This document shows positions 46,601 through 56,305 of a stretch of 64,000 nucleotides of DNA, in pieces. This DNA is from Bacteroidota bacterium (GTDB lineage Bacteria > Bacteroidota > Bacteroidia > Chitinophagales > BACL12). The notes under the pieces are model-generated. The model was not told the DNA's origin. It worked only from the letters and a program-made list of their open reading frames with translations, and made no database searches. The stretch spans positions 4,057-68,056 of the forward strand of contig WGOA01000030.1 of assembly GCA_016124275.1 (NCBI GenBank). The letters run 5' to 3'. Each line of letters begins with the position of its first letter. Within the stretch, counting starts at the first letter, position 1. A program made the position numbers and the translations under genes.

Positions 46601-47134
46601 AGCACCGACTTCAAAGACCTCTTTTCCGAAGAGCTGGAGCGCACCCAGAAATACGTTACGGATTGCCAGATTGACACCGACCTGGAAATGCTCATTCCGG
46701 ATGATTACGTCAACTCCGTGGCCGAGCGACTGAGCCTTTACACGCAGCTGGACAACGTGCCCAACGAAGCCGGACTGGAGCCTTTCCGACAACAGTTGCA
46801 GGACCGGTTCGGTCCCCTTCCCCGGCAGGTCGAAGAGCTGTTCAACGGCGTGCGACTGCGCTGGTTAGCCGTATCGTTGGGCTTTGAACGCATCATTTTC
46901 AAACAGCACGTGCTGCGCTGCTATTTCTTAGAGAACCAGGAGAGCGCGTATTACAGCTCTAAATTGTTCGCCAACCTGATCCGCTACGTGCAAAGCCATC
47001 CGGGCAAGTGCCGCATGAAAGAGGCGCGGGGTCGTCTGCAACTCACGTTCGAGGACGTGCGCAGCATGAAGCAGGCGTTCAACATTTTAACGGGCATGGC
47101 CGAAGCGCTGGGCGTTGAAGCCGTTACACTTTAA
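43694..47134 (+). CDS. mfd: transcription-repair coupling factor
   Basis: UvrB-homology N-terminus, RNAP-interaction domain, SF2 helicase motifs ('GDVGFGKTEIA', 'IIDEEQKFG', 'LTLTATPIPRTL', 'QLRGRVGRS') and TRG/CarD-like segments. 1146 aa. Confidence 0.95.
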   Translation: MDKPTLLDRYRGDARIQQAISHLQDTPPARLHLEGLVGSAAAVIAAALYKEQKGTHCFVLHDKEEAAYFLNDLQSLLERKDVLFIPDSFKQPGRFDEVNANNVLLRTEAVNRLANSSTRGELIVTYPEALFERIVSPASLQHRTLYITKGEKLDTAFLMDVLVESGFHPVDFVYEPGQFSIRGGIIDVFSFGNELPYRVELFGDMVDSIRVFEPESQLSTKNIAQVTIVPNIQTEFDQERKQDLLKSLPKGSVVWLSDARHLIEVLGVCAEKANAMATALKSHKTQDDQHLLVRYSFEQLFTTQPEVLDDLTSLPVVETGSEARMPGAVRIEFGTRPQPSFNKNFDLLIADLKRNSNEGLDNYLYCSNPRQIERFRQIFADLQTRGSGTLNAANKAANNGAEPPEYQPVSASLANGFIDSAARLAAYTDHQVFERYHKYSIKRGYSRSEALTLRAIRDLVPGDFVTHIDHGVGTYSGLEKIEVNGQVQEAVRLVYRDNDLLYVPINALHKIAKHVGKEGEPPKVNKLGTDAWENLKRRTRSKVKDIARDLIQLYAKRKAAKGFAFSPDTYMQTELEASFFYEDTPDQEKSTADIKRDMESPSPMDRLVCGDVGFGKTEIAIRAAFKAVADNKQVAVLVPTTILALQHYKTFSERLKDFPCRVEYINRFKSAKEKKDTLDNLAAGKVDILIGTHAIVGKQVKFKNLGLMIIDEEQKFGVTIKERLKELKANIDTLTLTATPIPRTLKFSLMGARDLSIINTAPPNRQPIHTELKVFDPDLIREAIQYEVYRGGQVFFVHNRVKDIEEVSAMIRQLCPDMDIGVAHGQLEGHVLEERMLKFINRQYDILVCTNIVESGLDIPNANTIIIHHAQNFGLSDLHQLRGRVGRSNKKAFCYLFAPPTHMLSSDARKRLKTIEEFASLGSGFQIAMRDMDIRGAGNLLGGEQSGFLAEIGFEMYHKILDEAIAELKSTDFKDLFSEELERTQKYVTDCQIDTDLEMLIPDDYVNSVAERLSLYTQLDNVPNEAGLEPFRQQLQDRFGPLPRQVEELFNGVRLRWLAVSLGFERIIFKQHVLRCYFLENQESAYYSSKLFANLIRYVQSHPGKCRMKEARGRLQLTFEDVRSMKQAFNILTGMAEALGVEAVTL

Positions 47135-49250
47135 CCACCCGCGTTTCCACATACTGCTCCCCGTTGCTAATGCGCAGGATGTAAACTCCGGCTTCCAAAA
47201 AGTCCTGGGCGTACAATTCGTGGAAGTGCAGTCCGGCGGGAACGAGATCGAGGACTTCAGTCAAAACTGAGGCACCTTGCATGTTGATGAGTTCAAAGCG
47301 CACAGAGCTGGCAGCTTCAATTTGAAAGTGAATGCCCAGCACGGTTTGGAAGGGCGATGGCTGTACGCTCAGCACCAACGGTGCTTCACTGCGAAGGACG
47401 CTGTCTGCATCCATATCGCCGGCATCGCTGGAGCCTGTGGTAAAGCTGAGCCACTCCGTTGAGGGCGATTGTGCACCCGATTTGCACAAGGTTTTGACCC
47501 GCCATTCGTAGCTGACGTTTTCCTGAAGCGAACCGAGGTAGCGCCAGCTATTGCGGACATACCGCGTGAACAGCGGCTCCTCGGTGCCAGCCAAACGGCC
47601 TTCCAATCGGTAGAGTTCAACATCCAGGCTGGCATCCCATTCTACGTTGGCTGAGGTATAGCCCACACTTCGCGTTCTCGGGTTTTGGGGTATCAAACAG
47701 GAGTTGACCGGGTAGGGTGGGGGTTGGATCGGTCCGGGATTTAGCCGCGTTGAAGGACCCGCAGCCGGAATAGCATGGCGGGTTCCCGACAAGACTTGCC
47801 AACTTGCGCCTACCGTAGTTGCAGTAGTTTGGTATTCTACTGACGGCACAAAGATCTGATCGCACTGGGTGCGCTGTTGATTGAAGTCAATGATCATGTA
47901 GCCGCGTTTGGCGAGTTCCGCGTACTTGATGTGGGGATTCAAGAGATACAGGGTGCCGGGCAACCAACTAGATATACCCCGGTTTAGGGCCGTACTGGAA
48001 GTGACCACGTATTCAACCCCGGCGCTTCCGCTGCTATGGCGGATGTCGGCAACCCAGGCGGAGTGAATGTCGCCGGTTAGGACGACAAAGTTTTGGACGT
48101 TGCCGTTAACTACGGTGTCCAATAGCCGGGTTCGCTCGGCGCGGTAGCCGTCCCATTGCTCGAAGGACCAGACATTTCCCCCGAAAACTTCCAGGGGAGC
48201 CATCATGACCTGGTTAACCAGGGTCTTCCATTGCGCCGTGCTTTGCGTGAGTTGAGCCACTAGCCAGGCGTACTGAACGGGTCCGAGCATGGTGCGGGTT
48301 TCGTCATCAATCCGGGACAAGTCCTGCTGATCGCGCTCGGTACGGGTGTCCACGACAATGAAGTCAACCAGATCACCATATTTTAAGGTACGGTAAGCCA
48401 GGTAGTCATCGGTGACTTCGGGTTCCCGAACGGGCATCCATTCCATCCAGGCGCGGTAACCAGCCCGCAAGCGCGCGGACCAGGGCCCTTCCGTGGCTTC
48501 ATTGTGTTCCTGCGCCCCGCCCTTCCAGGCGTCATTGGCGAACTCGTGATCATCGTATATGATAATGAACGGGTAGTTTTGGTGAATACGACGGCTGTCG
48601 GGTTCCAGTTTGTACCACGAATGCCGTATCCGGTAATCACCCAGGGTGATCAATTCGCCAGCGGGCTCATCCAGGCGGTTAAGCAATGGGTTAAAGCCAT
48701 ACCCTCCGGAAGGGTACTCGTAGAAGTAATCGCCGACATGAACCACCAGATCAAGGTCATTGCGCTCCGCAATGCTCGCATAAGGATTAAAGAACCCGCA
48801 TTGGTAACAGGTGCAGGAAAGTACTGCGATGCGCAGCGAATCGGTCGGTCCCAGCGGTGCTGTGCGCGTGCGTCCTATCAGAGAGCGACGTCCTTGGTAT
48901 TCAAACTCGTAGTAGTACCAGCGGTTTTCCTGCAAGCCATCCACATCTACTTTGACGGTTCGATCGCGCCAGGTATAGGCCATGGCTGTTCCCGAGCGAA
49001 CAATGTCCGTAAAGCCGGTATCGGTAGCTACCCGCCAGTTTACAGGAACATGGCCGGAGTCAGGCAGGGTTAACCGCGTCCAGATGATGACCCGGTCGTG
49101 GAGGGGATCGCCGGAGGCGACGCCATGCACAAAGGGATACAGGGCTTTATCGGCCGCAGAGCGGGTGCTAAAATCAAGCGGAGCCTGACCGTGTAACCCG
49201 AATTGCAGCACAAGGAAAAGCACAAGGAGTCCGGTAAAGCTGCGCTTCAT
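47124..49250 (-). CDS. phoD: PhoD-family phosphatase with an FN3-like module and a T9SS C-terminal sorting domain
   Basis: 'GVASGDPLHDRVIIWTRL', 'IAVLSCTCY', 'HVGDYFYEY', 'IYDDHEFAND', 'LTGDIHSA'. Also an FN3-like 'SVGYTSANVEWDA...YEWRVKTLC' and the CTD 'SPFQTVLGIHFQ...GVYILRISNG'. Confidence 0.8.
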   Translation of the reverse strand: MKRSFTGLLVLFLVLQFGLHGQAPLDFSTRSAADKALYPFVHGVASGDPLHDRVIIWTRLTLPDSGHVPVNWRVATDTGFTDIVRSGTAMAYTWRDRTVKVDVDGLQENRWYYYEFEYQGRRSLIGRTRTAPLGPTDSLRIAVLSCTCYQCGFFNPYASIAERNDLDLVVHVGDYFYEYPSGGYGFNPLLNRLDEPAGELITLGDYRIRHSWYKLEPDSRRIHQNYPFIIIYDDHEFANDAWKGGAQEHNEATEGPWSARLRAGYRAWMEWMPVREPEVTDDYLAYRTLKYGDLVDFIVVDTRTERDQQDLSRIDDETRTMLGPVQYAWLVAQLTQSTAQWKTLVNQVMMAPLEVFGGNVWSFEQWDGYRAERTRLLDTVVNGNVQNFVVLTGDIHSAWVADIRHSSGSAGVEYVVTSSTALNRGISSWLPGTLYLLNPHIKYAELAKRGYMIIDFNQQRTQCDQIFVPSVEYQTTATTVGASWQVLSGTRHAIPAAGPSTRLNPGPIQPPPYPVNSCLIPQNPRTRSVGYTSANVEWDASLDVELYRLEGRLAGTEEPLFTRYVRNSWRYLGSLQENVSYEWRVKTLCKSGAQSPSTEWLSFTTGSSDAGDMDADSVLRSEAPLVLSVQPSPFQTVLGIHFQIEAASSVRFELINMQGASVLTEVLDLVPAGLHFHELYAQDFLEAGVYILRISNGEQYVETRVVKV

Positions 49251-49368
49251 AGGCGGTTTTTAAAAGTACGCTGGTGTTAAGCTACATTTAAGCACACGTA
49301 CCCCCAAGCCTTTACTGGCCAATATTGAGCAAGCGTAGGGTGTTTAGGCTAAAATCGCAGACATAACT

Positions 49369-50547
49369 ATGGTTTCCGTCCAAAACACGCCCGGTTTACT
49401 TAAACGCTTGCAGTTTAACCGGCATGAACTGGCCGGCAGTTTTGGCGACATCGGCACGGATTTGCCGCTCATTTTGGGCATGCTGATGGCTACGGATTTA
49501 AGGGCAGCATCCGTGCTCATTGTCTTTGGCGTGCTTCAGATTCTGACCGGGTTGATTTACGGGTTGCCCATGCCAATGCAGCCGCTCAAAGCCATGGCCG
49601 TGCTGATCATCACCCAGCATATTTCTGCGGACGTGGTGCATGCCGGCGGCTGGGTCATCGGGGGCATCATGTTTCTGCTGACCCTGACCGGCTTACTGGA
49701 ACGGCTGGTGCGCCTGATTCCGGAATGCGTGGTGCGCGGCATCCAGTTTGGACTCGGACTCAGCCTGGCCTCACTGGCCCTCAAAAATTATGTGCCGGCC
49801 ATGGGAACACCGGGTTATGTGTTGGCGGCCGTCGGGTTTCTGGGGCTGCTGGCTTTCTGGAACCATCCGCGCCTTCCGGCGGGGCTGGTGTTGATCGCGC
49901 TGGGGTTTGCCTATGCCCTGATCAGCGGGCTGCCCTTGCCGGAGATAGCATCCGGCGTTGCCTTTCAACTGCCCGCATTGGAGCTGCCCAAACCTGACCT
50001 GTTCTGGACCGGCCTGGTGCTGCTGGCCTTGCCGCAGCTCCCTTTGTCGCTGTCCAATTCGGTGATTGCCACGGAGAAAACCGTGCGCGATCTGTTCCCG
50101 GAGCGCCCGGTGGGCTTGCGAAAAATCGGGTTCACGTATGCCGCGGCCAATTTGCTCGCCCCTTTTTTCGGGGGAATTCCGGTTTGTCACGGTTGCGGCG
50201 GTTTGGCAGGCCACTACGCATTCGGGGCCAGAACGGGCGGCTCTGTGGTGATTTACGGCTCTTTTTACCTGGTGCTGGGCCTGTTCTTCAGCGGTGTGTT
50301 GGATCAAGTGCTGCTGGTGTTTCCCAAGCCCATTCTCGGGGTGGTTTTGTTGGTGGAGTCGCTGGCTTTGCTTCGGTTGATTCAGGACCAGGCGGCCCTT
50401 CCCCGGTCCTTGCTGATTGCCTTGCTGGTAGGCGTGCTGGCCTTGACGTTGCCCCAGGGCTACCTGGTTGGGATTGTCACCGGCTGCGTGGTTTACTACG
50501 GGTTTAAGGCCTTTGGGGCGGCAGCATCGCAACCCACAAAAAATTAA
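49369..50547 (+). CDS. MOT1/MOT2-like putative molybdate/sulfate transporter
   Basis: A polytopic membrane protein. The N-terminal 'ELAGSFGDIGTDLPLILGM' resembles the MOT-family signature. The family call is tentative. Confidence 0.5.
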   Translation: MVSVQNTPGLLKRLQFNRHELAGSFGDIGTDLPLILGMLMATDLRAASVLIVFGVLQILTGLIYGLPMPMQPLKAMAVLIITQHISADVVHAGGWVIGGIMFLLTLTGLLERLVRLIPECVVRGIQFGLGLSLASLALKNYVPAMGTPGYVLAAVGFLGLLAFWNHPRLPAGLVLIALGFAYALISGLPLPEIASGVAFQLPALELPKPDLFWTGLVLLALPQLPLSLSNSVIATEKTVRDLFPERPVGLRKIGFTYAAANLLAPFFGGIPVCHGCGGLAGHYAFGARTGGSVVIYGSFYLVLGLFFSGVLDQVLLVFPKPILGVVLLVESLALLRLIQDQAALPRSLLIALLVGVLALTLPQGYLVGIVTGCVVYYGFKAFGAAASQPTKN

Positions 50548-50611
50548 ACCCGCAAGAAAAGTTTTTTAAACCAGTCTAAATTATTTTCTTTGCTTCCAGA
50601 AACCTTTTCTG

Positions 50612-53014
50612 ATGGCCATGCTAAATCGTTTTTGGGGAATAGCCTTGGTGGTCCTGGGCGGCTTTGTCCCGCCCAGTGGGGGCAACCTCCTTGGGCAAGC
50701 CCCGCTCAGCGGCACGATCTGGACGTCCAGCCAGACGGGCGGGTCATCCGAGCCCGATACAGAGCGCGTGCCCGTGCCCTACGCCCATGTCTGGATTCCG
50801 GGCTCCCAGACCGGTGCGGTTGCCGATAGCCTGGGTCGGTTTGTGATAACCACGCCCGAGCAGCTCCCTATTCGCCTGAAAATCAGCGCAGTAGGTTACG
50901 AACCCAGCTGGGTAGACCTTGCCCAGGAGCCCAACGGACCGCAAGACTGGTTTTTAAACCCGTTGGCCCTGGAAACCGTGGTGGTCAGCGCCAGCCTTCG
51001 GGAAACGTACCTGTCGGCCAGCCCGGCGCGGGTAGAGGTGCTTTCCGCAGAGGCCCTGGCTACCTACCTGCCCACGCCCGGAGCTTCGCTGGTGGAGAGC
51101 ATCGCGCTGGTGAACGGCGTGCAGGAAGTGGTGGGTTGTGGGGTCTGTTTTACCAACAGCATCAGCATCAACGGTTTACCGGGTTCGTACACGGCCGTGT
51201 TGCTGGATGGCATGCCGCTGTACGGCAGCCTGGCGGCCACCTATGCGCTCAACGGCATCCCCAACCTGATTATGGATCGGGTGGAAGTGGTGAAAGGCCC
51301 GGGCAGCACTTTGTTTGGTTCCGAGGCGGTTGGGGGCGTGATCAACGTCATTACCAAAGACCCGGCCGCGGTGCCTGCCCTGGAACTTGACCTGATGGCC
51401 ACGCAGCACGCAGAGGTGTACGTAAGCGCGGTGACGGGCCACCAACTGCTAAAATCGCGGGGATACAGCGCGCTGAACGGGGCCTATTCGAACCGATACG
51501 AAGACCGAAATGGCGACGGCTTCGGCGACGGCGTTTTGCTGGACCGCTGGTCGCTGTTTCACAAGTGGTCGCTGCACCGCAGGAGCGGCAAGCCGCTGAC
51601 TCTGGCATTGAAAGGGTATGCCGAAGACCGGCGCAACGGGGTGCAGCCTTTTTTGCGCGAACGGGCCTACCGCGAGCTGCGCGGGTCGGACAGCGTGTAC
51701 GGCGAGAGCATTTACACGCTGCGGGCGGAATTGCTCGGCACCTACACCTTGCCAACCGCGGCCGATCTGCGGCTGGACCTGGCGCTTAGCGCACACCATC
51801 AGGACTCCCGCTATGGGCAAACCGCGTATAATGCCCAGCAGCGAACCGGGCTTTTGCAGGGCCTCTGGTCGTTTAAACGCCGCAACCACGAGGGAATGGC
51901 CGGGTTGGTGCTGCGCTACCAATTCTACGACGACAACACCGCGGCGACCCAATGGGGACCGGTGCCGGACAGTCTGGGTGTTGGCTCGGATCGCCGGTTG
52001 TTGCACCAGACTATCCCCGGCGCATTTGTGCAGGACCAGTGGCAGCCGCATCCGCACTGGACGCTGCTGAGCGGTTTGCGGGTGGATCGCCAGGAACAGC
52101 ACGGCTGGATTCCGGCGCCGCGTTTGGCCTTGAAATGGCAGCCCAGCCCGCTGCGGGCTTTCCGATTCAACGCGGGTACGGGTTTCAGGACCCTGAACTT
52201 GTTTACGGAAGACCATGCCTTTGTAACCGGTCAACGGCAGGTGGTCCTTGACGGTCCCTTGGCGCCGGAACGCTCGTGGAACACTACGCTGAGCGCCAGC
52301 CAGGAGTTTTTCAGTCGTCGGGGCTCGGGTACGCTCACGGCTGATGCTTTTTACACGCGATTCCAGCAACAGATTACCGCTGATTACGACCAGCCCGGCA
52401 AAATTGTGTACGCCAACAGCGAGGGTTTTGGCTATACCAGGGGCCTGGCGGCCTCGCTGCAATACCAATGGGCATCGGTGGTTGGGTTTCAGCTTTCGGC
52501 CACCTGGCAAGATGTTCAACGCAGCGAGCTTGATGCGTCGGGGCTTCTGAAGTTCGAAGCGGTGCCGTTCGCTCCGCGATGGTCGGGGCTCTTGCTGGTC
52601 AATGCTCGCTGGGAGCGGGCCGACCTGACCCTGGCTTACACCTTGCGCATTACCGGCGCGATGGTGCTGCCGGCGGTGTACGATCTCGGTGCTGACGGTC
52701 AATTGCTGGCAGAGCCGCGGCCACAGCGCAGTGAGCCCTTCGCCCAACAAAGTGTGCAACTGACCAAGGTGTTTTCCGAGCGCTTCAGTGTTTATGGCGG
52801 CGTGCAGAACCTTGGCAATTTTCGGCAACCAGGCTCGCCCTTGGCGGGGTTGAATGACCCGGCGGCAGCGCCCGGTTTCAGCCCGGCGTTTGACACGGCC
52901 TACGCGTATGCTTCCATGCACGGACGCGAGGCGTATTTGGGGCTTCGGCTTGTTTTGAATGGGCGCAAGGGAGGCGATTTGGGGTCGCGCGGGCAAGAAT
53001 TCCCTTCGCCTTAA
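50612..53014 (+). CDS. TonB-dependent receptor with an N-terminal carboxypeptidase-regulatory-like domain
   Basis: 'HVWIPGSQTGAVADSLGRFVI' (CarbopepD_reg-like), plug ('VVVSAS..','GVQEV','INGLPGSYTAVLLDGMPLYGS','RVEVVKGPGSTLFGSEAVGGVINVITK'), and a long beta-barrel. Confidence 0.8.
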   Translation: MAMLNRFWGIALVVLGGFVPPSGGNLLGQAPLSGTIWTSSQTGGSSEPDTERVPVPYAHVWIPGSQTGAVADSLGRFVITTPEQLPIRLKISAVGYEPSWVDLAQEPNGPQDWFLNPLALETVVVSASLRETYLSASPARVEVLSAEALATYLPTPGASLVESIALVNGVQEVVGCGVCFTNSISINGLPGSYTAVLLDGMPLYGSLAATYALNGIPNLIMDRVEVVKGPGSTLFGSEAVGGVINVITKDPAAVPALELDLMATQHAEVYVSAVTGHQLLKSRGYSALNGAYSNRYEDRNGDGFGDGVLLDRWSLFHKWSLHRRSGKPLTLALKGYAEDRRNGVQPFLRERAYRELRGSDSVYGESIYTLRAELLGTYTLPTAADLRLDLALSAHHQDSRYGQTAYNAQQRTGLLQGLWSFKRRNHEGMAGLVLRYQFYDDNTAATQWGPVPDSLGVGSDRRLLHQTIPGAFVQDQWQPHPHWTLLSGLRVDRQEQHGWIPAPRLALKWQPSPLRAFRFNAGTGFRTLNLFTEDHAFVTGQRQVVLDGPLAPERSWNTTLSASQEFFSRRGSGTLTADAFYTRFQQQITADYDQPGKIVYANSEGFGYTRGLAASLQYQWASVVGFQLSATWQDVQRSELDASGLLKFEAVPFAPRWSGLLLVNARWERADLTLAYTLRITGAMVLPAVYDLGADGQLLAEPRPQRSEPFAQQSVQLTKVFSERFSVYGGVQNLGNFRQPGSPLAGLNDPAAAPGFSPAFDTAYAYASMHGREAYLGLRLVLNGRKGGDLGSRGQEFPSP

Positions 53015-53067
53015 AGGAAAAGCACCGGGAATAGGCTACTTTAGAAGTTGATCTTGCTTATTGTTAA

Positions 53068-53859
53068 ATGGATAAACCCATGAAAAGTCACCTGTTAATC
53101 CCGATGCTGCTGGCATGCAGTTCCATCCTGAGCGCCCAAAATCCGTCGCAACAAATGGGCATGGATTCAGCCGCTATAGCCGCCATGATGCAGGGAATGG
53201 CTGCTGCTTTTTCGCAAACAACGGAGGTTCCGGCTGCCTATGTCTTTGATTTGGTGCTGGACATGGAACTGACCAACGGGGATGATCCGGCGCAGAAAAT
53301 GTCGCTGATGATTCGCAATGACGGGAGCGCTTCCGGGATTGAGCTTTATAAAGGCGACACGCGCACCACGGTCATTTTAGACCATACCAACAAGCTCAAC
53401 TGCATGCTGACTGAAGAAAAAAACGGTCGAAAGGTGGGCGTTGCGCTGCCCGACCTGATGAGCTCGCTCGGAGGTTTTATGCAGAGCATGGGTCAGGAAG
53501 ATCCTGTTGCTTCCGCTGAAGAAGCGAGCCTGGTCAAGACGGGAAGCAGGAAAACCATTGCCGGCTATGTTTGCGATGAGTACCGTGCCACCAACGGCAA
53601 CACGGAAGCGATGGTGTACATGGCCCCCGACTTGAATTGGAATTGGGGGTCGCTGCTCGGATCTTCTATGGGCAACATGGTGCCCGCTTCGTTTAGCACG
53701 CAACTCAACGGGGTCACGGGTGCCGTCCTGGCTACTGAATCCAAAGACCCCTCAGGAAAGATGGTCGTTTTTACCACCACTGCCGTGCACAAAAACGGCA
53801 AGACGCTGAACACAACAGATTATACGTTTGAGAAAATAGCTATGCCCGGCGGGCGCTAA
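53068..53859 (+). CDS. hypothetical secreted/lipoprotein (possibly DUF4412-like)
   Basis: Signal peptide (LLIPMLLACSSILSAQ). Beta-rich and Met-rich. It lies between the receptor and the response regulator. The family call is weak. Confidence 0.4.
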   Translation: MDKPMKSHLLIPMLLACSSILSAQNPSQQMGMDSAAIAAMMQGMAAAFSQTTEVPAAYVFDLVLDMELTNGDDPAQKMSLMIRNDGSASGIELYKGDTRTTVILDHTNKLNCMLTEEKNGRKVGVALPDLMSSLGGFMQSMGQEDPVASAEEASLVKTGSRKTIAGYVCDEYRATNGNTEAMVYMAPDLNWNWGSLLGSSMGNMVPASFSTQLNGVTGAVLATESKDPSGKMVVFTTTAVHKNGKTLNTTDYTFEKIAMPGGR

Positions 53860-53874
53860 ACCAACCCATCTCTC

Positions 53875-54501
53875 ATGACCACGACCCGTCTGTTTATTGC
53901 TGAAGACAAAATGATTACCCGCCTTGGCCTCAGCAGTCTGTTGGAGGAAGAAGCCGACATTGAAATTGTCGGCACAGCGGTTAACGGCAAGGAATTGCTG
54001 GAAAAGATCAAAGACCTGGAGCTTGACCTGGTGTTGATGGACATTGAAATGCCGATCATGAACGGTTTGCAAGCAACCCGAAAGCTCAAAGAAGAGCGAC
54101 CAGAGGTCAAGGTCATCATGGTAACGGACTACGACGAAGATCCGCTCATTCGACAAGCCCGCTACGCCGGTGCGGACGGGTATTTGCTGAAAAACCTGGA
54201 CAAAAGCCGCATCATGGCCGCCTTACAGCGCGTCATGGCTGGCGGTGAATTTTTTCAGTCCGAAGAAGATAACCAGGCCCGTGCGGATCGCCGCAACATG
54301 CTTCCCCGTCCCGACATTTCAGAGCGCGAAAAAGAAGTGATTGCCAAACTGGCCGAAGGACTGAACAGCCAGGAAGTTGCTGAACAATTGTTCATTACAA
54401 AGAACACCGTGGACACACACCGCAAAAACCTGTTGCAAAAAACGGGCTCCAAAAATGTGGCGGAACTGATCGGGTGGGCAGCGAGGTTTGGTTTGGTTTG
54501 A
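53875..54501 (+). CDS. NarL/LuxR-family response regulator
   Basis: REC domain ('RLFIAEDKMI...DLVLMDIEMPIMNG') plus a LuxR HTH ('ISEREKEVIAKLAEGLNSQEVAEQLFITKNTVDTHRKNLLQKTG'). Confidence 0.9.
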   Translation: MTTTRLFIAEDKMITRLGLSSLLEEEADIEIVGTAVNGKELLEKIKDLELDLVLMDIEMPIMNGLQATRKLKEERPEVKVIMVTDYDEDPLIRQARYAGADGYLLKNLDKSRIMAALQRVMAGGEFFQSEEDNQARADRRNMLPRPDISEREKEVIAKLAEGLNSQEVAEQLFITKNTVDTHRKNLLQKTGSKNVAELIGWAARFGLV

Positions 54502-54526
54502 GGGGGATTATACTTGCACCTTCCGA

Positions 54527-56302
54527 TTAATTCTCCACCCGCTTCGGCAACCAGATGCGCAGGCCGGAGGCCAGAATCTGCAGCGACTCTTCCCGTGCCG
54601 TGCTGAACAGCGCCAGCCGGGTACGAAGGCTGCTCAGCGTCAGGCTGTCGGGTGGCGGTGGCGGCAAGGGTTCATCCAGGGGCTCTACAGTGAGCACGAT
54701 TTCCTGGCCATCATCGCTGTCCTGCAGCAGGATTCTAAAGGTTGAGGCTTCTTCGTAAAGCCCTTCCACCACTTCGAGGATGACGCGGTAAATCAGGATT
54801 TCGGCGGTGTCGCTCAGGTCGTTGAGCAGGCCGGGCGAAGGGCGGAAAACCACGTGGCGACCTTTGGCCAGCAGGCGAGCCTGGTACTCGCGCAGGGCCT
54901 CGGGCAGGCCTACCTGATTGAGGCTTACCGATAGGAGCTTGTGGGAAATGTTTCGGTTCTGGTCGCAGATTTCGTCAACATCCCGAATGATGGAGGCTAA
55001 CGCCTCTGCTTTATTGGAATCTTGTTCGCGGTAGGCCATCCGGGACAACGCCATTTTAATGGCGGCGAAACGCGAACCGGCTTCGTCGTGCAGGTCTGCC
55101 CCGATACGGTCGCGCTCCATCTCCTCCTGGATGACCAGATCGCGGAGTTGGCGCAACTTTTCGCGATCCAGGTCTTGCCGGGCGCGGGCCTGGGTTTCAA
55201 CCACCAGCCGAACCCGCTCCAGAATGAGCGCAGAAATGACCATGTGCAGCAGCAGCACCCCTGCCCAAATCCAGGAATCCAGCAAAGGGCCGGTCTGGTA
55301 CCAACCCAACCCACTGCCAATTCCAGTAAACACAGCAGCCATCAATACCGAGTAGGCCACCCAAAACCAAAAAGCTTCGCGGACACGGGTTCTTGCAAAA
55401 TAGACCAGCGGCAAAACGGCCACGGTTCCCGTGCAGATCAAAAACCAGGCATCATTTATACCCTGGTAGCGCCGCAGCCCTTCTGGTCCCATGAGCGGGG
55501 TGGCCAGGGCTGCACTGGCTAACGCAGCCAGCCCAAACATAAGAATATATATACTGAGGTCAATCCTGCGGTTCTCCATTTCCGATTGGAAAAAGCGCTG
55601 GAGAAAGCGAAATCCCCCCAGGAAGGTAGCGTTGAGCAGAATAGGTTTCATAACGCTCTGCACACCGGGCAGCTGGGGCCATCCGTATTGATAGCCCAAG
55701 CCCTGCAGGGTGGCCACTAAAAGAAGACCGATACTAAAATAATAGACAAATGAAAAGCGTATGTATGCGCGAATCACCGCAAGAATGATAAAACCAAAGA
55801 CGAGCGTGAATATGGCCCCGGCCAAATAGGTAGCCAACACCATGATGCGCCGGTTCCGCAGCACGTCGTAGGCGTCTTGCTCGTGCAGCTCCACAACAAC
55901 GCGGTCGCGGAAACCCTGGTTCTGAAGGGCTAAATCAAGGGTAGCACTTTCGCCGGCTGGTAACTGCAGCGGGAAGCTGAAGTATCGGGTGGGTAAGGGC
56001 CGTTGGCGGAAAGGCAGCGAAGCGCCTGTGAAAAACGAAAGCGCCTTTCGCCCGGAAGGCTTCCAGGTTACCCGGATGTGCCGCACAAAGGGATTGCGCA
56101 GTTCCAGAATCAGATCAATATCGCGGGTACCGGTATTGTGGATGAGCGCCTGGTACAGGATGGTGTCCAGCGAATGGGGCGTGCGCAACTCCGTCAGGTA
56201 CAGGCAGGAAAAGGTCTGGTCTATGGCATGAACAGCCTGCGCCCTCACACCCGATAAAACGGGAACCCACAGCAGCCACAAGGATAGGATTAGGCCCTTC
56301 AA
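54527..56302 (-). CDS. 7TMR-DISM sensor 'kinase' paralogue that keeps the HisKA_3 H-box but has a degenerate ATP-binding domain
   Basis: Signal peptide, extracellular 7TMR-DISMED2-like domain, 7 TM helices, and H-box 'RIGADLHDEAGS'. The C-terminal region ('YRVILEVVEGLYEEAS..LTVEPLDE..') lacks N, G1 and G2 boxes. TTG start one codon after the upstream kinase's stop. Confidence 0.7.
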   Translation of the reverse strand: MKGLILSLWLLWVPVLSGVRAQAVHAIDQTFSCLYLTELRTPHSLDTILYQALIHNTGTRDIDLILELRNPFVRHIRVTWKPSGRKALSFFTGASLPFRQRPLPTRYFSFPLQLPAGESATLDLALQNQGFRDRVVVELHEQDAYDVLRNRRIMVLATYLAGAIFTLVFGFIILAVIRAYIRFSFVYYFSIGLLLVATLQGLGYQYGWPQLPGVQSVMKPILLNATFLGGFRFLQRFFQSEMENRRIDLSIYILMFGLAALASAALATPLMGPEGLRRYQGINDAWFLICTGTVAVLPLVYFARTRVREAFWFWVAYSVLMAAVFTGIGSGLGWYQTGPLLDSWIWAGVLLLHMVISALILERVRLVVETQARARQDLDREKLRQLRDLVIQEEMERDRIGADLHDEAGSRFAAIKMALSRMAYREQDSNKAEALASIIRDVDEICDQNRNISHKLLSVSLNQVGLPEALREYQARLLAKGRHVVFRPSPGLLNDLSDTAEILIYRVILEVVEGLYEEASTFRILLQDSDDGQEIVLTVEPLDEPLPPPPPDSLTLSSLRTRLALFSTAREESLQILASGLRIWLPKRVEN

Positions 56303-56305
56303 CCG

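Noticed and set aside
49251-49368. Possible Moco or other riboswitch ahead of the MOT-like transporter (and B12/other leaders ahead of the two TonB-dependent receptors)
   Set aside because: The leaders are only about 60-120 nt. I could not see the conserved cores of the Moco or cobalamin riboswitches. A covariance-model scan (Rfam/Infernal) would be needed to exclude them formally.
51449-52996. 515-aa ORF antisense to the first TonB-dependent receptor
   Set aside because: A shadow ORF with an Arg/Pro/Gln/Gly-rich product and no signal peptide or motifs. The plus-strand frame has plug and barrel motifs.
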